Assembly: GCA_964016885.1 (NCBI GenBank)
Contig: OZ024753.1
Location: 35,960,001-36,024,000, forward strand
Source of the DNA: Eledone cirrhosa
Lineage: Eukaryota
Direction: 5' to 3'
Length of the DNA stretch: 64,000 nucleotides
The notes beneath the pieces are model-generated. The model saw only the letters and a list, made by a program, of their open reading frames with translations, was not told where the DNA came from and did not search any database. Of the stretch, positions 1 through 12,801 are shown piece after piece. A program made the translations under genes and the position numbers. How positions within the stretch are numbered: the stretch's first letter is position 1; each line of letters begins with the position of its first letter.

Positions 1-2811
1 GGGTCATCTGTTCGAGGAGAGTGGTATACAGATACTTGCGATCCAAGAACACAGGATCCTACACGATGAGCCCGTGAGAAGTGTGATGATTGGGAAGATG
101 AGCCAGCTCATCACCACATCGGCAGTGAGGAACATGACCAATGCTGCAGTGGGAGGAGTGGGTTTTGTTTTCAGCACAAAAACCAGTCTATTGGTGAGGG
201 AAATAATGCCTGTCTCTCCGCGAGTGTTGAGGGTGACCTTCAATGGAAACCCAAGACTGACAGTCATCTCAGCCTATAGTCCAACTGAGGGAGACAGTGA
301 TGTGAGTGCAGAAGAGTTCCATGAGGAGGTGTGTAGAGCTGTCAACACCACACAACATCCTGCTTGTTTTGGGGGACTTCAATGCACATCTGAGTAGGGA
401 AGGCAGTGAAGATCCTTGCTGGTACTTCCATAACAACACCAACACTGAGGACACCCTGCTGGAGACAAACTTGATAGCGACCAACCTAAGGTTTAGGAAG
501 AATCCGGGGAAGGTGTGGACCTATCTCAGATATGCACCTGTCCAAGTTCCAGATTGATTTCATTCTGATGAGGAAAAAGTGGCGGAATAGTGTTCTGAAC
601 ACAGAACCATACAACTATTTCAGTACACTGGGTAGTGACCACCGGCTTGTTATGAGTGAGGTCTGGGTGAGCTTAAGAAAGAGCAAGGCTCAGCCTTGGA
701 GAGCAATCTATGACTGGGGAGCTTTCAAGGAAGATGATAAGCTACAGGAGTGGTTCACAGTGGAAGCGAGGAACAGGTTCAGTGCTCTGTGTGGAGAGAC
801 AGAGGTGAGAGAGAGATTGGATGGACTGTGGAGAGTGTGACGAGGAGGTACGGGCACTTCACCAATGCAGTGGCGGAAGCAAGTGAGACCCGGGTGCCGA
901 GGAGAAAGAACAAAAGGAAGCACGTCAGCTCTGCAGACCCAAAAGTGTGTGCAGCCAGAGAACACCTGAAAGCTGCCAAGGACCAATTCTATGCTGATCC
1001 TACGGAGGAGAGGATGAAGACTGTGGAGGTGATGAGGGAAGAACTCTGTACCGCTTACACTGAGGCCAGAGAGGAGGCACTGATAGAGAAGATCAGAAGT
1101 GTGGAGAGAGCGGTTGACAGATCTGGATGTAAGGAGAGCTGGATGATCATCAACGAGATCACAGGGAGGAAGAGAAGGTGTTCGAGTCAGATCCAGGGAA
1201 CAGGGCCCAAGGATAGGAAGAGAAATGGCTAGACCATTTTAGGACCCTACTAGGAGAGCCACCCTCCACAGCCCAGAGCAATGGGGACATCAGGCGGCTG
1301 TTTGAGGAACTGAATATTGAGACAGAACCCTTCACCAGAGAGGAGCTTCAGAGAGCCAATAAGAAGATCAAGGAGGGAAAGGCTCATGGAGAAGATGGAG
1401 TGGCATAAGAGGTGTGATTTTGATGATATCATCCTGGGGTTCTGTAACCAGGCACTGGATAAAGGAGTTGCCCCGAATCAGTGGAGGATCAGTAACATCG
1501 TCCCAGCGCCAAAGAAGGGAGAGATCTCTAACAGCAACAACTACAGGGGGATCTCACTGAGATCACTTCGGGCAAAGACCCTCAACAGAATGATTCTTAA
1601 CAGGATCCAGCCTGAGATGGAGAAGAAGCTCAGGGACAACCAGAACAGCTTCAGAGAGGGAAGATCAACCACCAGTCACATCCTGATGCTGAGGAGTATA
1701 TTAGAGGGAGCTAGAGCAAAGTGCATTCCTGCAGTCATGGTTTTCATTGACTTTAGGAAGGCCTTTGATTCTGTGGACCGTCACTGCCTGATGAAGATCT
1801 TACAGGCTTATGGAATCCCCAAGAAGATAGTGGACCTGATATCACTGCTCTACACCAACACCAAAGCCCAAGTCATTATACCTGATGGGATGACAGAGTT
1901 CTTTGAGATACTGGCTGGAGTGCTCCAGGGAGATACATTGGCTCCCTACCTTTTTATCCTCGTAGTGGACTATTATATGCACCTTGCACTGGAGAAACAC
2001 CAGGACTCTGGCTTTATTGTAGCACCGGCTCAGAGCAGGAGAGTTAACGTGAAAAAGATATCAGATGCTGAATTTACCGACGACATAGTTTTGGTGACGA
2101 ATACAGTGAAGGAGGCAGAGGATTTGATGCAGGAGGTGGAGACTGTGTCAATGAGTGTGGGGCTGAGAATAAATGAGTCTAAAACAAAATATCTGGTAGA
2201 GAATGTTGAGAAGCGAGAGGGGATCACTAATGTAGGCGGGAAGCCGCTAGAATTGGTTGAGGACTTCCTGTATTTGGGAGCAAAGATTGGGAATATGGTT
2301 GAGAGGAAGAGCAAAGCCTGAGCGGCGTGCCACAGCTTGAGATCGGTATGGAAGTCAGACCTTCGTAAAGACCTGAAAATCCGCCTCTTCATTGTTGTAG
2401 TGGAGTCTGTGCTGCTGTACGGGTCTGACACTGACAAAGAAACTCACTCAGATGGTGGATGGGTGCTACATGAGAATGCTGAAGATGGCTCTGAACATTA
2501 ATCAGTATACACTGAGGATGAAAAACTCAGAGCTGTATGGGAGCCTCCCAAAAGTCAGCTCAAAAGTGACACAGAGGAGACTGAGGTTGGCTGGACATGC
2601 TCACCGACATCCAGAGTTGACATTGCACTCAGTGCTCCTGTGGGAGCCCCTACATGGACACACCGGAAGAGGAAGACCAAGGTTAACGTATGTTGATGCC
2701 CTAAGGACAGATACTGGTCTGTTGGAGATGCAGGACATGGCAGCGATAATGAGGAACAGAGACCACTGGAGAGAACTCGTCCATGGATCTCAGGAATTTT
2801 ACCTGCCCTAG
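1..2811 (+). mobile_element. Degraded RTE/RTE-X-like non-LTR retrotransposon (AP endonuclease + RT), 5' end outside window
   Basis: LGDFNA, QIDFIL, SDH endonuclease motifs; NYRGISL, FIDFRKAFDSV, GVLQGDTLAP, FTDD; C-terminal RRLRLAGH...LLWEP..GRP; several frameshifts and stops. Confidence 0.88.
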
Positions 2812-2961
2812 AAAATATATACACATATATATATACACACATATATACATATATATAAGGAAAAAAGATGAAATCGAAAATGCAACTGGAGTCTTATTTA
2901 AAAAAAAAAATATATATTTATTTGGTTCCTTTACCGGTTTCGCAGTTCTTCTGCTTTTCAA

Positions 2962-3428
2962 AAGTATTTTGTTAGAGATGCCTACTGACTGTAGTAGGTT
3001 TACTTTGTATTTAGGTAAGGCAGGTCTTCTCTATTACTGAGTACCGCCAAAGATCTCAGTCCAGTGACATTGTCTTGGAGAGGTGTAAGTGTGTGAGGTC
3101 GGAATTTATCAGGTCTTCCCAGGTTTTTCTGGGTCTGCCTACTCTGTGGCTACCGTCTATCTTTATTGCCCTGCACTTTTTTATACAGCTGTCGTCTTTC
3201 ATGCGCATCACGTGACCATACCAACGTAGCCTTCTCTCGAGTAAACTACATCTGATCCCTCTTATTTCTAATTTTTCCCTTAGTTCGTTTATGATTTGCC
3301 GTTCACATATATTACTATTACACATCCAGCGGAGCATGCAAGCTTCGTTCCTCTCTAGTCTGCGTATATCCTCTGCACACACTGCCCAGGTCTCACTGCC
3401 GTGCAACATTGCTGTTCATATGCAGGCA
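2962..3428 (-). mobile_element. RTE LINE (subfamily A) 3' ORF fragment
   Basis: MLHGSETW...[11 protein letters not shown]...GRPRKTW, near-identical to the copy at 55534-57654. Confidence 0.9.
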
Positions 3429-3559
3429 TATATATATATATATATATACATATATATATACATATACATATATATACATATATATACATATACATATACA
3501 TATACATATATATATACATATATATACATATACATATATATACATATACATATATATAC

Positions 3560-3604
<45 letters not shown>

Positions 3605-3706
3605 TATATACATATACATATATATACATATACATACATATATATACATATACATATACATATACATACATATATATACATATACATATATATATACATA
3701 TATATA

Positions 3707-3881
3707 CATCATCATCATCATCATCATCGTTTAACGACGGGAGTTTTCCCACTTGAGGCAAGAGTGGTTGTCTTGCTCGCATAGGACTGTCTGGCGGGTT
3801 TTCTACAGTTGGATGCCCTTCCTAACACCAACCACATTTACAGTGTGGGGCTGGGACATTTTTACCGTGTTGCCTACACGG
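3707..3881 (-). mobile_element. RTE subfamily A 3'UTR fragment with (GAT)n tail
   Basis: Reverse complement of ~57450-57600; similar UTR fragments at 8240-8475(-), 33565-33820(-), 41615-41735(+), 54348-54763(+). Confidence 0.8.
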
Positions 3882-3949
3882 ATACATATATATACATATA
3901 CATATACATATATATCCATATACATATACATATATATACATTTATATAC

Positions 3950-3980
<31 letters not shown>

Positions 3981-3981
3981 C

Positions 3982-4021
<40 letters not shown>

Positions 4022-4379
4022 ATACATATATATATACATATATATACATATACATATATACATATATATATACATATATATATACATATATATATACACA
4101 TATATATATACATATATATATACATATATATATACATATATACATATACATATATACACATATACATATACATATATACATATACACATATACATATACA
4201 TATACACATATACATATACATATACACATATATATATACATATATATATACATATATACATATATATATACATATATATATACATATATATATACATATA
4301 TACATATATATATACATATATATATACATATATATATACATATACATATATATATACATATATATATACATATACATAT

Positions 4380-4412
<33 letters not shown>

Positions 4413-4415
4413 CAT

Positions 4416-4466
<51 letters not shown>

Positions 4467-4618
4467 CATACATATATATATACATACATATACATATATA
4501 CATATATATATATACATACATACATATACATACATACATATACACATATACATATACACATATACATACATATATACATATATATATATATACATACATA
4601 TATACATATATATATATA

Positions 4619-4650
<32 letters not shown>

Positions 4651-4668
4651 CATACATACATACATATA

Positions 4669-4700
<32 letters not shown>

Positions 4701-4710
4701 CATACATATA

Positions 4711-4746
<36 letters not shown>

Positions 4747-4776
4747 TACATATATATATATATATACATACATATA

Positions 4777-4834
<58 letters not shown>

Positions 4835-4911
4835 CATATACATACATACATATACATACATACATATACATACATACATATATATACACATATATATATA
4901 TATACATATAC

Positions 4912-4943
<32 letters not shown>

Positions 4944-4949
4944 ATATAC

Positions 4950-5034
<85 letters not shown>

Positions 5035-5074
5035 AGCATATATATATATATTTATTAGTATATGTATAAATAAA

Positions 5075-5119
<45 letters not shown>

Positions 5120-5121
<2 letters not shown>

Positions 5122-5412
5122 ATTGTTTCTACTTTAGGCACAAGGCCAGCAATTACCCAGTGCATTACTGGTACTTTATTTTATCGACCCCGTAAGGATG
5201 AAAGGCAAAGTTGACCTTGGCGGGATTTGAACTCAGGGCCGTAACTCTATGCGTCAAAGCATGACATCCGACCCTCTACCGATACTACCAATCCACCGCC
5301 TTCATATAATATAATTGTTTCTACTTTAGGCGCAAGGCCAGCAATTACCCAGTGTATTACTGGTACTTTATTTCATCGACCCCCGTAAGGATGAAAGGCA
5401 AAGTTAACCTCT
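5120..5412 (-). mobile_element. tRNA-derived SINE family 1, full plus partial copy
   Basis: TGGCAG A-box-like and GAGTTCAAATCC B-box-like motifs, CTTTGCCTTTCATCC...AATAAAGTACCAG core. Confidence 0.8.
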
Positions 5413-5759
5413 GCATAATATAATAATGGTTTCTTATACATGATGTTGACCAGTTCTCCTTTTCGGGTAGTCTTTTCGATGCTCAGAGAGTGGGGTTGGT
5501 CGAGTAAAAGGCCTTTCCCCACTTAAAAAACCTTCAAAGCACAGGCATTGCTTGTTCAGGATCTGTTACAAGTGATTGCAATACTCTTAGAGTCTGCAGC
5601 CATCATATATATATATATATATATACACACATACATATATGTATATATAAATATATACGTATATATGTATATATACATATATATATATACACATACATAT
5701 ATATATATATATATACACAAACATATGTATATACATATATGTATATATAAATATATACG

Positions 5760-5799
<40 letters not shown>

Positions 5800-6261
5800 T
5801 ATACATATATATATATTTATATATATACACACACGTACATATGTATATATACATATATACGTATATATTTATACATATAAATATATTTATATGTATATAT
5901 ATATACATATATACACACATATATATGTATATACATGTATGTATATATACATATATACGTATATATATATATATATACACACACACATATACGTATATAT
6001 ATATATACACATACATATGTATATACATATATGTATATATACATATATACACACATATATTTATACACACATATATATATATTTATATGTATATATATTT
6101 ACATACATATATTTTTATATGTATATATATATATGTACATATATACTTTATAAACAACAATGAAAGAGTGTTTACAACATTTAATCATGATCGTTTCATC
6201 CTAGCACAATGTTCTTATGACAAACTTCCGATATTATATTTGTGTTTTAATCTTTACTATA

Positions 6262-6308
6262 TACTCTGATGATTCCAGCCTTGTGCTAGGATGAAACGAT
6301 CGTAAGTG
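6262..6308 (+). ncRNA. Minimal type-I hammerhead ribozyme motif
   Basis: TACT-CTGATGA-stem II-GAAAC-GATC-GTA-AGTG; palindromic ACGATCGT stem III. Confidence 0.65.
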
Positions 6309-6444
6309 ATTAAATGTTCTAAACACTCTTTGATTGTTATTTATAAAGTATATACTTGTTATTTTACATTGAGCTAGTCTCGTACTTGTAATTGGATAAT
6401 ATTTATTACTACCTAGATTTTGTATATATATATATGATGCATAT

Positions 6445-6667
6445 GAAGGATGACCGTTGAGTAATGAAGTGCCAAGAAATCCCAGTAGAAGGAAGACGCA
6501 GTAGAGGTAGACCATGAAAAACATGGGCGGAGGTGGTGAGAGCAGACCTCCGATCGCTGAAGCTCACGGAGGAGATGACAAAGGACCGTGATGAATGGAG
6601 AGATGCTGTGCTTAATAAGACCCATCCCACTCTTGCAAGCAGGGAAAAGCAGCTGTAAAATGATGAT
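6445..6667 (+). mobile_element. RTE LINE (subfamily C) 3' end fragment
   Basis: Degenerate ..RGRP.KTW..VVRADL coding, short UTR and GAT tail; related minus copy at ~58700-58925. Confidence 0.7.
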
Positions 6668-6670
6668 ATA

Positions 6671-6732
<62 letters not shown>

Positions 6733-7468
6733 TGTGTGTATGTGATGTAGAAATAAAAATTAACAACAACAAATGTTTATATTTTCGTTTATATTTTTTG
6801 TTTAGAATATCATTTTAGAGGGGATGGGGTAGCACACGAGACAAAATACAATTTTTATTAGAATTACTTTCAAGGTTCTTTGTTTTAAAATTTTTCTTTC
6901 ATCACAATTCAACTCATGTATACAGACATTATATTTCATTTATTGATTTATTTATGAAGAGGTGGGAAAAGGGGATACAGGCAGTGAGTGGATAGGGTGG
7001 GGTTTGGAATGGAATGGAATGGAGTGGGGAGGAGATAGGGAGAAACCATATACTAAAACAAAGTTTCATGGGTTCTGAGTAGGGATCTGTGCTCTCCAAA
7101 ATATGTTGTTGTTGCTGCTGTTGTTGTTGTTGGTGGTTCTTTCATTTGCACTCATAAATATATATATTCATATACATAAATATATATATATTCATATATA
7201 TATAAATATTATTTTTCAGGTACTGTAGCTTGGTCGGGTTAGTTTGATGACATTAAATTCACTCCAAATAAATTTACAGGCCAAAAATTCATGTGATTTG
7301 ATTTCTTTTTCTTGCACATAGATTTTGATATAAGTAAATTTAGGTTTTTCTAGGGTTGCTGGAATGTAAGGCTTAATATCAGGAGAGTCTCTTCTACATC
7401 AGGAGAGGTAGATGTATATGGCTCAATGATTTATTGTTTTTTTTTTCTTTAGTTTATATTTAATATTC

Positions 7469-7744
7469 CTAATGTTCCCCTCTTTTCACTAAATCAGCAG
7501 TTTCTTTGTCAGTGTCCTCTGTTGGATCCAGAGCTTTCGATGTCATTAGATTTACGTAAAGGTTTTCTTTTTTCTGTTTTGTTTCTTTCCCTGCTTTAGG
7601 AATTTTAGGACTACCAGCTGGTTTTTCATCGTTTTTCGAAGCTTTTGTTTCTTTAGAAGCTGGTGTATCTATTCCGAACATTGGGTTACTGAAATTTGTT
7701 GGTGTTACTGGATCTGCCAAACTGTATTCATTTTCAATCGAAGC
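7469..7744 (-). CDS. LRP2: LRP2-like terminal coding exon (TNFSNPMF...TEDTDKETADLVKRGEH*)
   Basis: gacag| acceptor, in frame to TAG at 7469-7471; AATAAA on minus strand at 7430-7435 and 6854-6859. Confidence 0.85.
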   Translation of the reverse strand, partial: ASIENEYSLADPVTPTNFSNPMFGIDTPASKETKASKNDEKPAGSPKIPKAGKETKQKKENLYVNLMTSKALDPTEDTDKETADLVKRGEH

Positions 7745-7854
7745 CTGTCATGGAAGAAAAAAAAATTATATATATCATCATCATCTTTATTTACAGTCTG
7801 TCTTTCCATGTATCTATATATCTACATATCAACCTGGATCTCTCTTATATATAT

Positions 7855-8198
7855 ATCATCATCATCATCATTTCATTTTACGTCCGCTTTTCCCTGCTTG
7901 CAAGGGTGGGATGGGAACTGATTCTGGCTTGATTTCTACAGCTGGATGCCCTTCCTAACACCAACCTCATTTACAGTGAGTGCTGGGTGCTTTTTTGCCG
8001 TGGTACCTCCACGACCACTTTGCAGTGGAATGATAGGGACCCCATCCCTATCATCTCATTTCTACAGCTGAGTAAACTGGAGCAATGTGAAATAAAGTGT
8101 CTTGCTCAAGGAAACAACACATCACCCGGTCTGAGAATTGAACTCACAACCTTTCGATTGCAAGGCCAATGCTCTAACCACTAAGCCATGTGCCTCCA
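7855..8198 (-). mobile_element. tRNA-derived SINE family 2 with RTE-derived 3' end
   Basis: TGGCTTAGTGG A box, GAGTTCAATTC B box, CCTTGAGCAAGACACTT CORE-like motif, RTE UTR, GAT tail; copies at 42075-42400(-), 47187-47529(-); related heads at 52910-53166(-) and 63750-63880(-). Confidence 0.82.
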
Positions 8199-8199
8199 C

Positions 8200-8241
<42 letters not shown>

Positions 8242-8806
8242 CATCATCATCATCATTGTTTAACGTCTATCTTCCACGCTAGCATGGGTTAGACAGGAAT
8301 TGTCCCATTTGAGACAAGATTAGTTGGGTGACCGTGTCTCGCTCATATAGGACTATCTGGCAGGTTTTCTACGGCTGGATGCCCTTCCTAACACCAACCA
8401 CATTTACAGTGCAGTGTGGACTGGGAGCTTTTTACTGTTACCTACATGACCACATTACAGCGTGGACTGTGTATTTTTTTAATTTTTATATATATATACC
8501 AGAATGGAGGCAGTAAAAACCAGTTAGACCATAACTCACCAGTGTACTCGATACTTGGGGTAGTAGAGTGGGTAATATGAAAAATTCGGAGACCATTACT
8601 CACCAGAATTTTTCATATACACACACATATATATATATATAGAGAGAGATAGACGAAGATAAATAGGTAGGCAAATAGAGAGAGAAAGTGATAAACAGAT
8701 ATATATATATATAGAGAGAGAGAGAGGACAATAGTTAGATAGACAAGAGAGAGAGAGAAAGAGTGATAATTAGATAGATAGATATAGAGAGAGATTCAAC
8801 ACTTAC

Positions 8807-8939
8807 AATCTCCATTTCAGCAGCGTTTTCATAATTTTGAGAATCAATCTGGATATTTTCATTGTCACGGAAAGATACAGCTCCTGTAGGATTGTTTCCT
8901 TCATTTTGACACCAAGGGAGTGATCCGAAAGAAAATATC
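8807..8939 (-). CDS. LRP2: LRP2-like exon, cytoplasmic tail (…GAVSFRDNENI…)
   Basis: tttag| and |gtaag, 133 bp, phase 2-0; VSFR resembles megalin VTFR. Confidence 0.8.
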
Positions 8940-9361
8940 CTAAAGTATTTAAAAAAAAATATAAAAAAAAACAAAATAATCAGAAATGGGAGTCAGTGAC
9001 CAGATCTGCCCTTCTTTACCCCTTTCCACCACTTCTTATTTGCTGGACATCCAACAGCTTGGTTGTTTTTACTTAGAACAGCCAATCAACGATAGTTGAT
9101 TATTAGACTAGTTTTTTTAGTAAAAAATATGGTGAAATCTTCAAATTCTAACTCAATATAACAAAAGTTTAAAAATAGTATAGTACTATTGCATAAATCA
9201 CTTAACACAGGGTCCCTGAAAATGTAGGGCTCATAGCAAATAATACTTTTGCTACTAAGTTAATCAGGCTTTGGTCAACCAGGAAAAGTTATTTGATTAT
9301 TCATGTAGGGGGTGACATCTGTGGGTGAAAGTCAAATTTAAATAAGTGGCACACTCTTTAA

Positions 9362-9559
9362 CCCTTTAGCATTTACATTACTCTATATTTATTATTGTAT
9401 TTTCATGGTAAAGGTTTTACCTCACATAATATCGAATCTATGAGATTTTGATATCATTTATTTTGAGAACAATACCTTAACATCAGTATGAGTGGCCAGT
9501 TACAGCCGGTTTGAACAGAAAGAGGTGAAAGAATTATGGCCGGTTTAAATGCTAAAGGG
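9362..9559. mobile_element. piggyBac-like MITE
   Basis: TTAA|CCCTTTAGCATTT...AAATGCTAAAGGG|TTAA. Confidence 0.85.
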
Positions 9560-9600
9560 TTAATAATTTCATCATGCTGAGTACAGGTAAATATTCTTAC

Positions 9601-9685
9601 CTGCGTTTTTTAATGATAAAATAACCAGCCAAGGATAAGGCTCCTATGATTAGGAGTACAACAGGAACAGTGATTGCTGTCACTT
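9601..9685 (-). CDS. LRP2: LRP2-like exon, transmembrane helix (VTAITVPVVLLIIGALSLAGYFIIKKRR)
   Basis: tatag| and |gtaag, 85 bp; hydrophobic run followed by basic stop-transfer residues. Confidence 0.88.
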
Positions 9686-10074
9686 CTATATAAAGAAAGA
9701 CAAGAAAATACAATGAAAGAAAGAAATATTTTAATTATAGGAGTTTCTTTTGACATTGCAAAAATTAGTATAGTTATTATGAAGTAGTGTGAGATATGTA
9801 ATAAATGACTAATAAGTTTCAGAAAGCTGGTACAATGTGGTAGAAATATATAAAAGGCAAAGGATGACAAATAAAACAAAACAAATTAATGTTTTACCCA
9901 GTATATTTCAACAACATATTTCAGGTCAGTTAAGGAAAAACACTGAGTGCTCATTTTGTTTTGATCTGTTTTAGTTCCACATTTGAAAAGGGGTTAATAG
10001 CCCTGAAATATCATGTTGAAATACATGATATATATATATATATATATATACTAACATACATTTACACACACACA

Positions 10075-10144
<70 letters not shown>

Positions 10145-10262
10145 CTGTGATACTGAACCCAGAATTATGTAGTTGTGAAACAAACAGCAATACCTCTAAC
10201 CATAACCATTTAGTACTGAGAGAAAGAGAGCTTAGATAGTAGATGTAGTATGAAATACTTAC

Positions 10263-10328
10263 TGGTAGATTTCAGTGTACTTAGGAGTCCAACAGCAGAT
10301 GGAATGGAACAATCATTGCCATAATATC
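10263..10328 (-). CDS. LRP2: LRP2-like exon, EGF end and stalk (GYYGNDCS...)
   Basis: taaag| and |gtaag, 66 bp; completes the CxC..GY.G..C EGF pattern. Confidence 0.82.
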
Positions 10329-10385
10329 CTTTAAAATAAAATATAAAATAATTTCTTAAAGAATTGAAAATCATTAATAGATTAA

Positions 10386-10587
10386 CCCTTTAGTATTTAC
10401 ATTACTCTATATATACTATTGTATTTTGAGAGTAAAGACTTTACCTCACATAATTATCTCATACAATATCAAATCTATGAGATTTTGATATTATTTATTT
10501 TGAGAACAATACTTTAACATAAATATGAGTGGCCGGTTATGGCTGGTTTGAACAGAAAGAATTCTGGCCAGTTTAAATGTTAAAGGG
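10386..10587. mobile_element. piggyBac-like MITE
   Basis: Same family; TTAA flanks, CCC...GGG termini. Confidence 0.85.
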
Positions 10588-11189
10588 TTAATAGGAAAAC
10601 AGTCAGCTTCACTTTTAGTTTCACACCTGATGTGATTTTTTTTGGGGTCCTTAGTGATGTAGGATACTTATGATTACTGAGTTTTGGTTTCTGTGTCGTA
10701 CCTACATAAACATGTCTAAAAGTTCTTCATCATGCTCAAGGACTCAGGAGACAGGGTTGTGAAGTTGATCCAGCCCAAGCTGAAGACTGGTAGAATATAT
10801 AAAACTGTGGATGGTTGGGAATACAGCAAAGGTAAGTCTCAGTCGCTTCATACAATATATTTTTTCATCTGTAGTTAGCTGTCAGGATACTGCATCCTTC
10901 AAAACTTCCATGCTTCCCGAAATTCACCAATACGACACCTGATATTTCCTCTCCATACACACACATGCATATATGTATCTGTGTGTATATCATGACTCAT
11001 ACAACGTTCACTTTCCTGATATTTGTACATTATTCTATGTACTATACATGCACCTTTGATGAGTTATAGTGCACCTGAGCACTGTACACAATAATTTTCA
11101 TTATTATTATTATAGAAACAAAAATGAAATGAAATGAAATGAAATTAAAAAAAAAAAATTCATGCAAAATTTTCAAGAACAATTTCTAC

Positions 11190-11288
11190 CATTTTTGCAG
11201 TGACAGATGTAAGTTCCATTGCTTCCTTGAACACAAGTACCACCGTTGAGACAAATACACATGGGCAATTGTCGAGGGGTTTCATATG
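11190..11288 (-). CDS. LRP2: LRP2-like exon, juxtamembrane EGF (CICLNGGTC...CHCKN)
   Basis: ctcag| and |gtaga, 99 bp. Confidence 0.85.
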
Positions 11289-11799
11289 CTGAGGAGAGTG
11301 AGATAATGTAGACAAAGTTAAATACATAAACATCAATATCTCTTATAGAGACGAGGTGAGAGAGTATATTAAAATTCATAGAAAATAAATTTGTAGACAA
11401 TAAACTACATCCATGAGCTTGTCTGGTCCCACTTGGGCATCCATCTGAATCAGTGACAGTTGCTTCTAACAGGACATGTTGGAAGGAGTGTTTGAGGACT
11501 GTCGCCACAACCTTCTCAGGAATAAGTGGGTGAAGAAGGAGAAGCTACTGAGGCAGCTGTGATATGATCACAGCTTAAACTGTTCATAGCAAGACATATA
11601 TGTTTATCATATATAAACATATCAAAGTTGGTGAAGAAGAAGAAGAAGCTACTGAGACTGCTGTGATATGATTGCAGCTTAAACTGTTCATATGTTTATT
11701 ATATATAAACATATATTATATGTTTATTATATATAAACATATATTATATGTTTATTATATATAAACATATATTATATGTTTATTATATATAAACATATA

Positions 11800-11991
11800 A
11801 GGGTGGTGGATTGGCAGTATCGGTAGAGGGTCGGACACCATGCTTTGCAGCATAGAGTTACACCCCTTTATGATCTGAGTTCAAATCCCGCCGAGGTTAA
11901 CTTTGCCTTTCATCCTTACAAGGTTGATAAAATAAAGTACCAGTAATGCACTGGGTAATTGCTGGCCTTGTACCAAAAGTAGAAACAATTA
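11800..11991 (+). mobile_element. tRNA-derived SINE family 1
   Basis: Same motifs; further copies at 52700-52870(-) and 62735-62948(-). Confidence 0.8.
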
Positions 11992-12469
11992 TATAAACAT
12001 ATCATATATACCTTCAGATACATCTCTATTATGTTTTATATTATGTTGAGTTACTGTTAACTTTGTCTATGGGGAACAGTTGAAACATAGCTTTCAGACT
12101 GGCATATAGACCCTGTCACTTTTTCCCTCTTTCCCTTTCTTTCGTTGCATAATTTCTTTTTCTATTTTTTTCTCCTCTTTTTTTCTTCTTTCCTTTTTTT
12201 TCCCTTTTCTTTTTCTTCTTTTCCTTATTTCTATTTATACTGCACAGTTTTTATATTTTCTCTTTAGTTTAATAAAGTTAAATTTAACAATGTTGAAGCA
12301 TTGTTGACTAAGAAATATAAATTTAAATAATTCTAAAAACCATACAATACATTAGAAAATTAAAGGTGCCAAGATAATGATAGAATCTTACCTTAGCAAA
12401 TTTAATTATCCCAAGTATTTTCGGGTTTAAAAACCCAGTATCAAGGGAGTATCCCTGTGAAAGTCTTAA

Positions 12470-12667
12470 CCCTTTAGCATTCACATTACTCTATATATAC
12501 TATTATATTTTCATGGTAAATGCATTACCTCACATAATATCGAGTCTATGAAATTTTTAAAGTATTTATTTTGAGAACAATACCTTAACATCAATTTGAG
12601 TGACCAGTTACAGTCAGTTTCAACAGAAAAAAGGTAGAGAATTCTGGCCGGTTTGAACATGAAAGGG
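12470..12667. mobile_element. piggyBac-like MITE
   Basis: Same family; TTAA flanks. Confidence 0.85.
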
Positions 12668-12801
12668 TTAAAGGATCGAGCAGAGATGAGTTGTTGTGAG
12701 GAAAGCAGGTTTATTTTAAATTTGTTAATACTAAACTAGATACAATAAACCAAATAATAACAACATTAACAGACAATGTAATTATGGAAAGATATTCTCA
12801 C

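Larger units (their letters stand above)
3428..6147. repeat. (TA)n/(TACA)n microsatellite blocks (3428-3707, 3882-5118, 5605-6147)
   Basis: Direct inspection; similar blocks at 38038-38660, 42892-43390, 44690-45110, 48059-48414, 48545-49173, 50056-50858, 63157-63600. Confidence 0.95.

Noticed and set aside
3291-6269. Tyr/Ile/His-rich ORFs here and at 37682-38716, 47891-51106, 63261-63625
   Set aside because: Translations of (TA)n/(CA)n microsatellites.
8120-8198. tRNA gene candidates, also at SINE family 1 heads
   Set aside because: A and B boxes are followed by SINE body and tail in multiple dispersed copies; these are SINE heads, not tRNAs.
11055-11113. TTGATGAG..GTGCACCTGAGCAC hairpin (also 31028-31084) as a ribozyme
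   Set aside because: No GAAA core; stem-loop plus (ATT)n tail fits a LINE or SINE 3' terminus.
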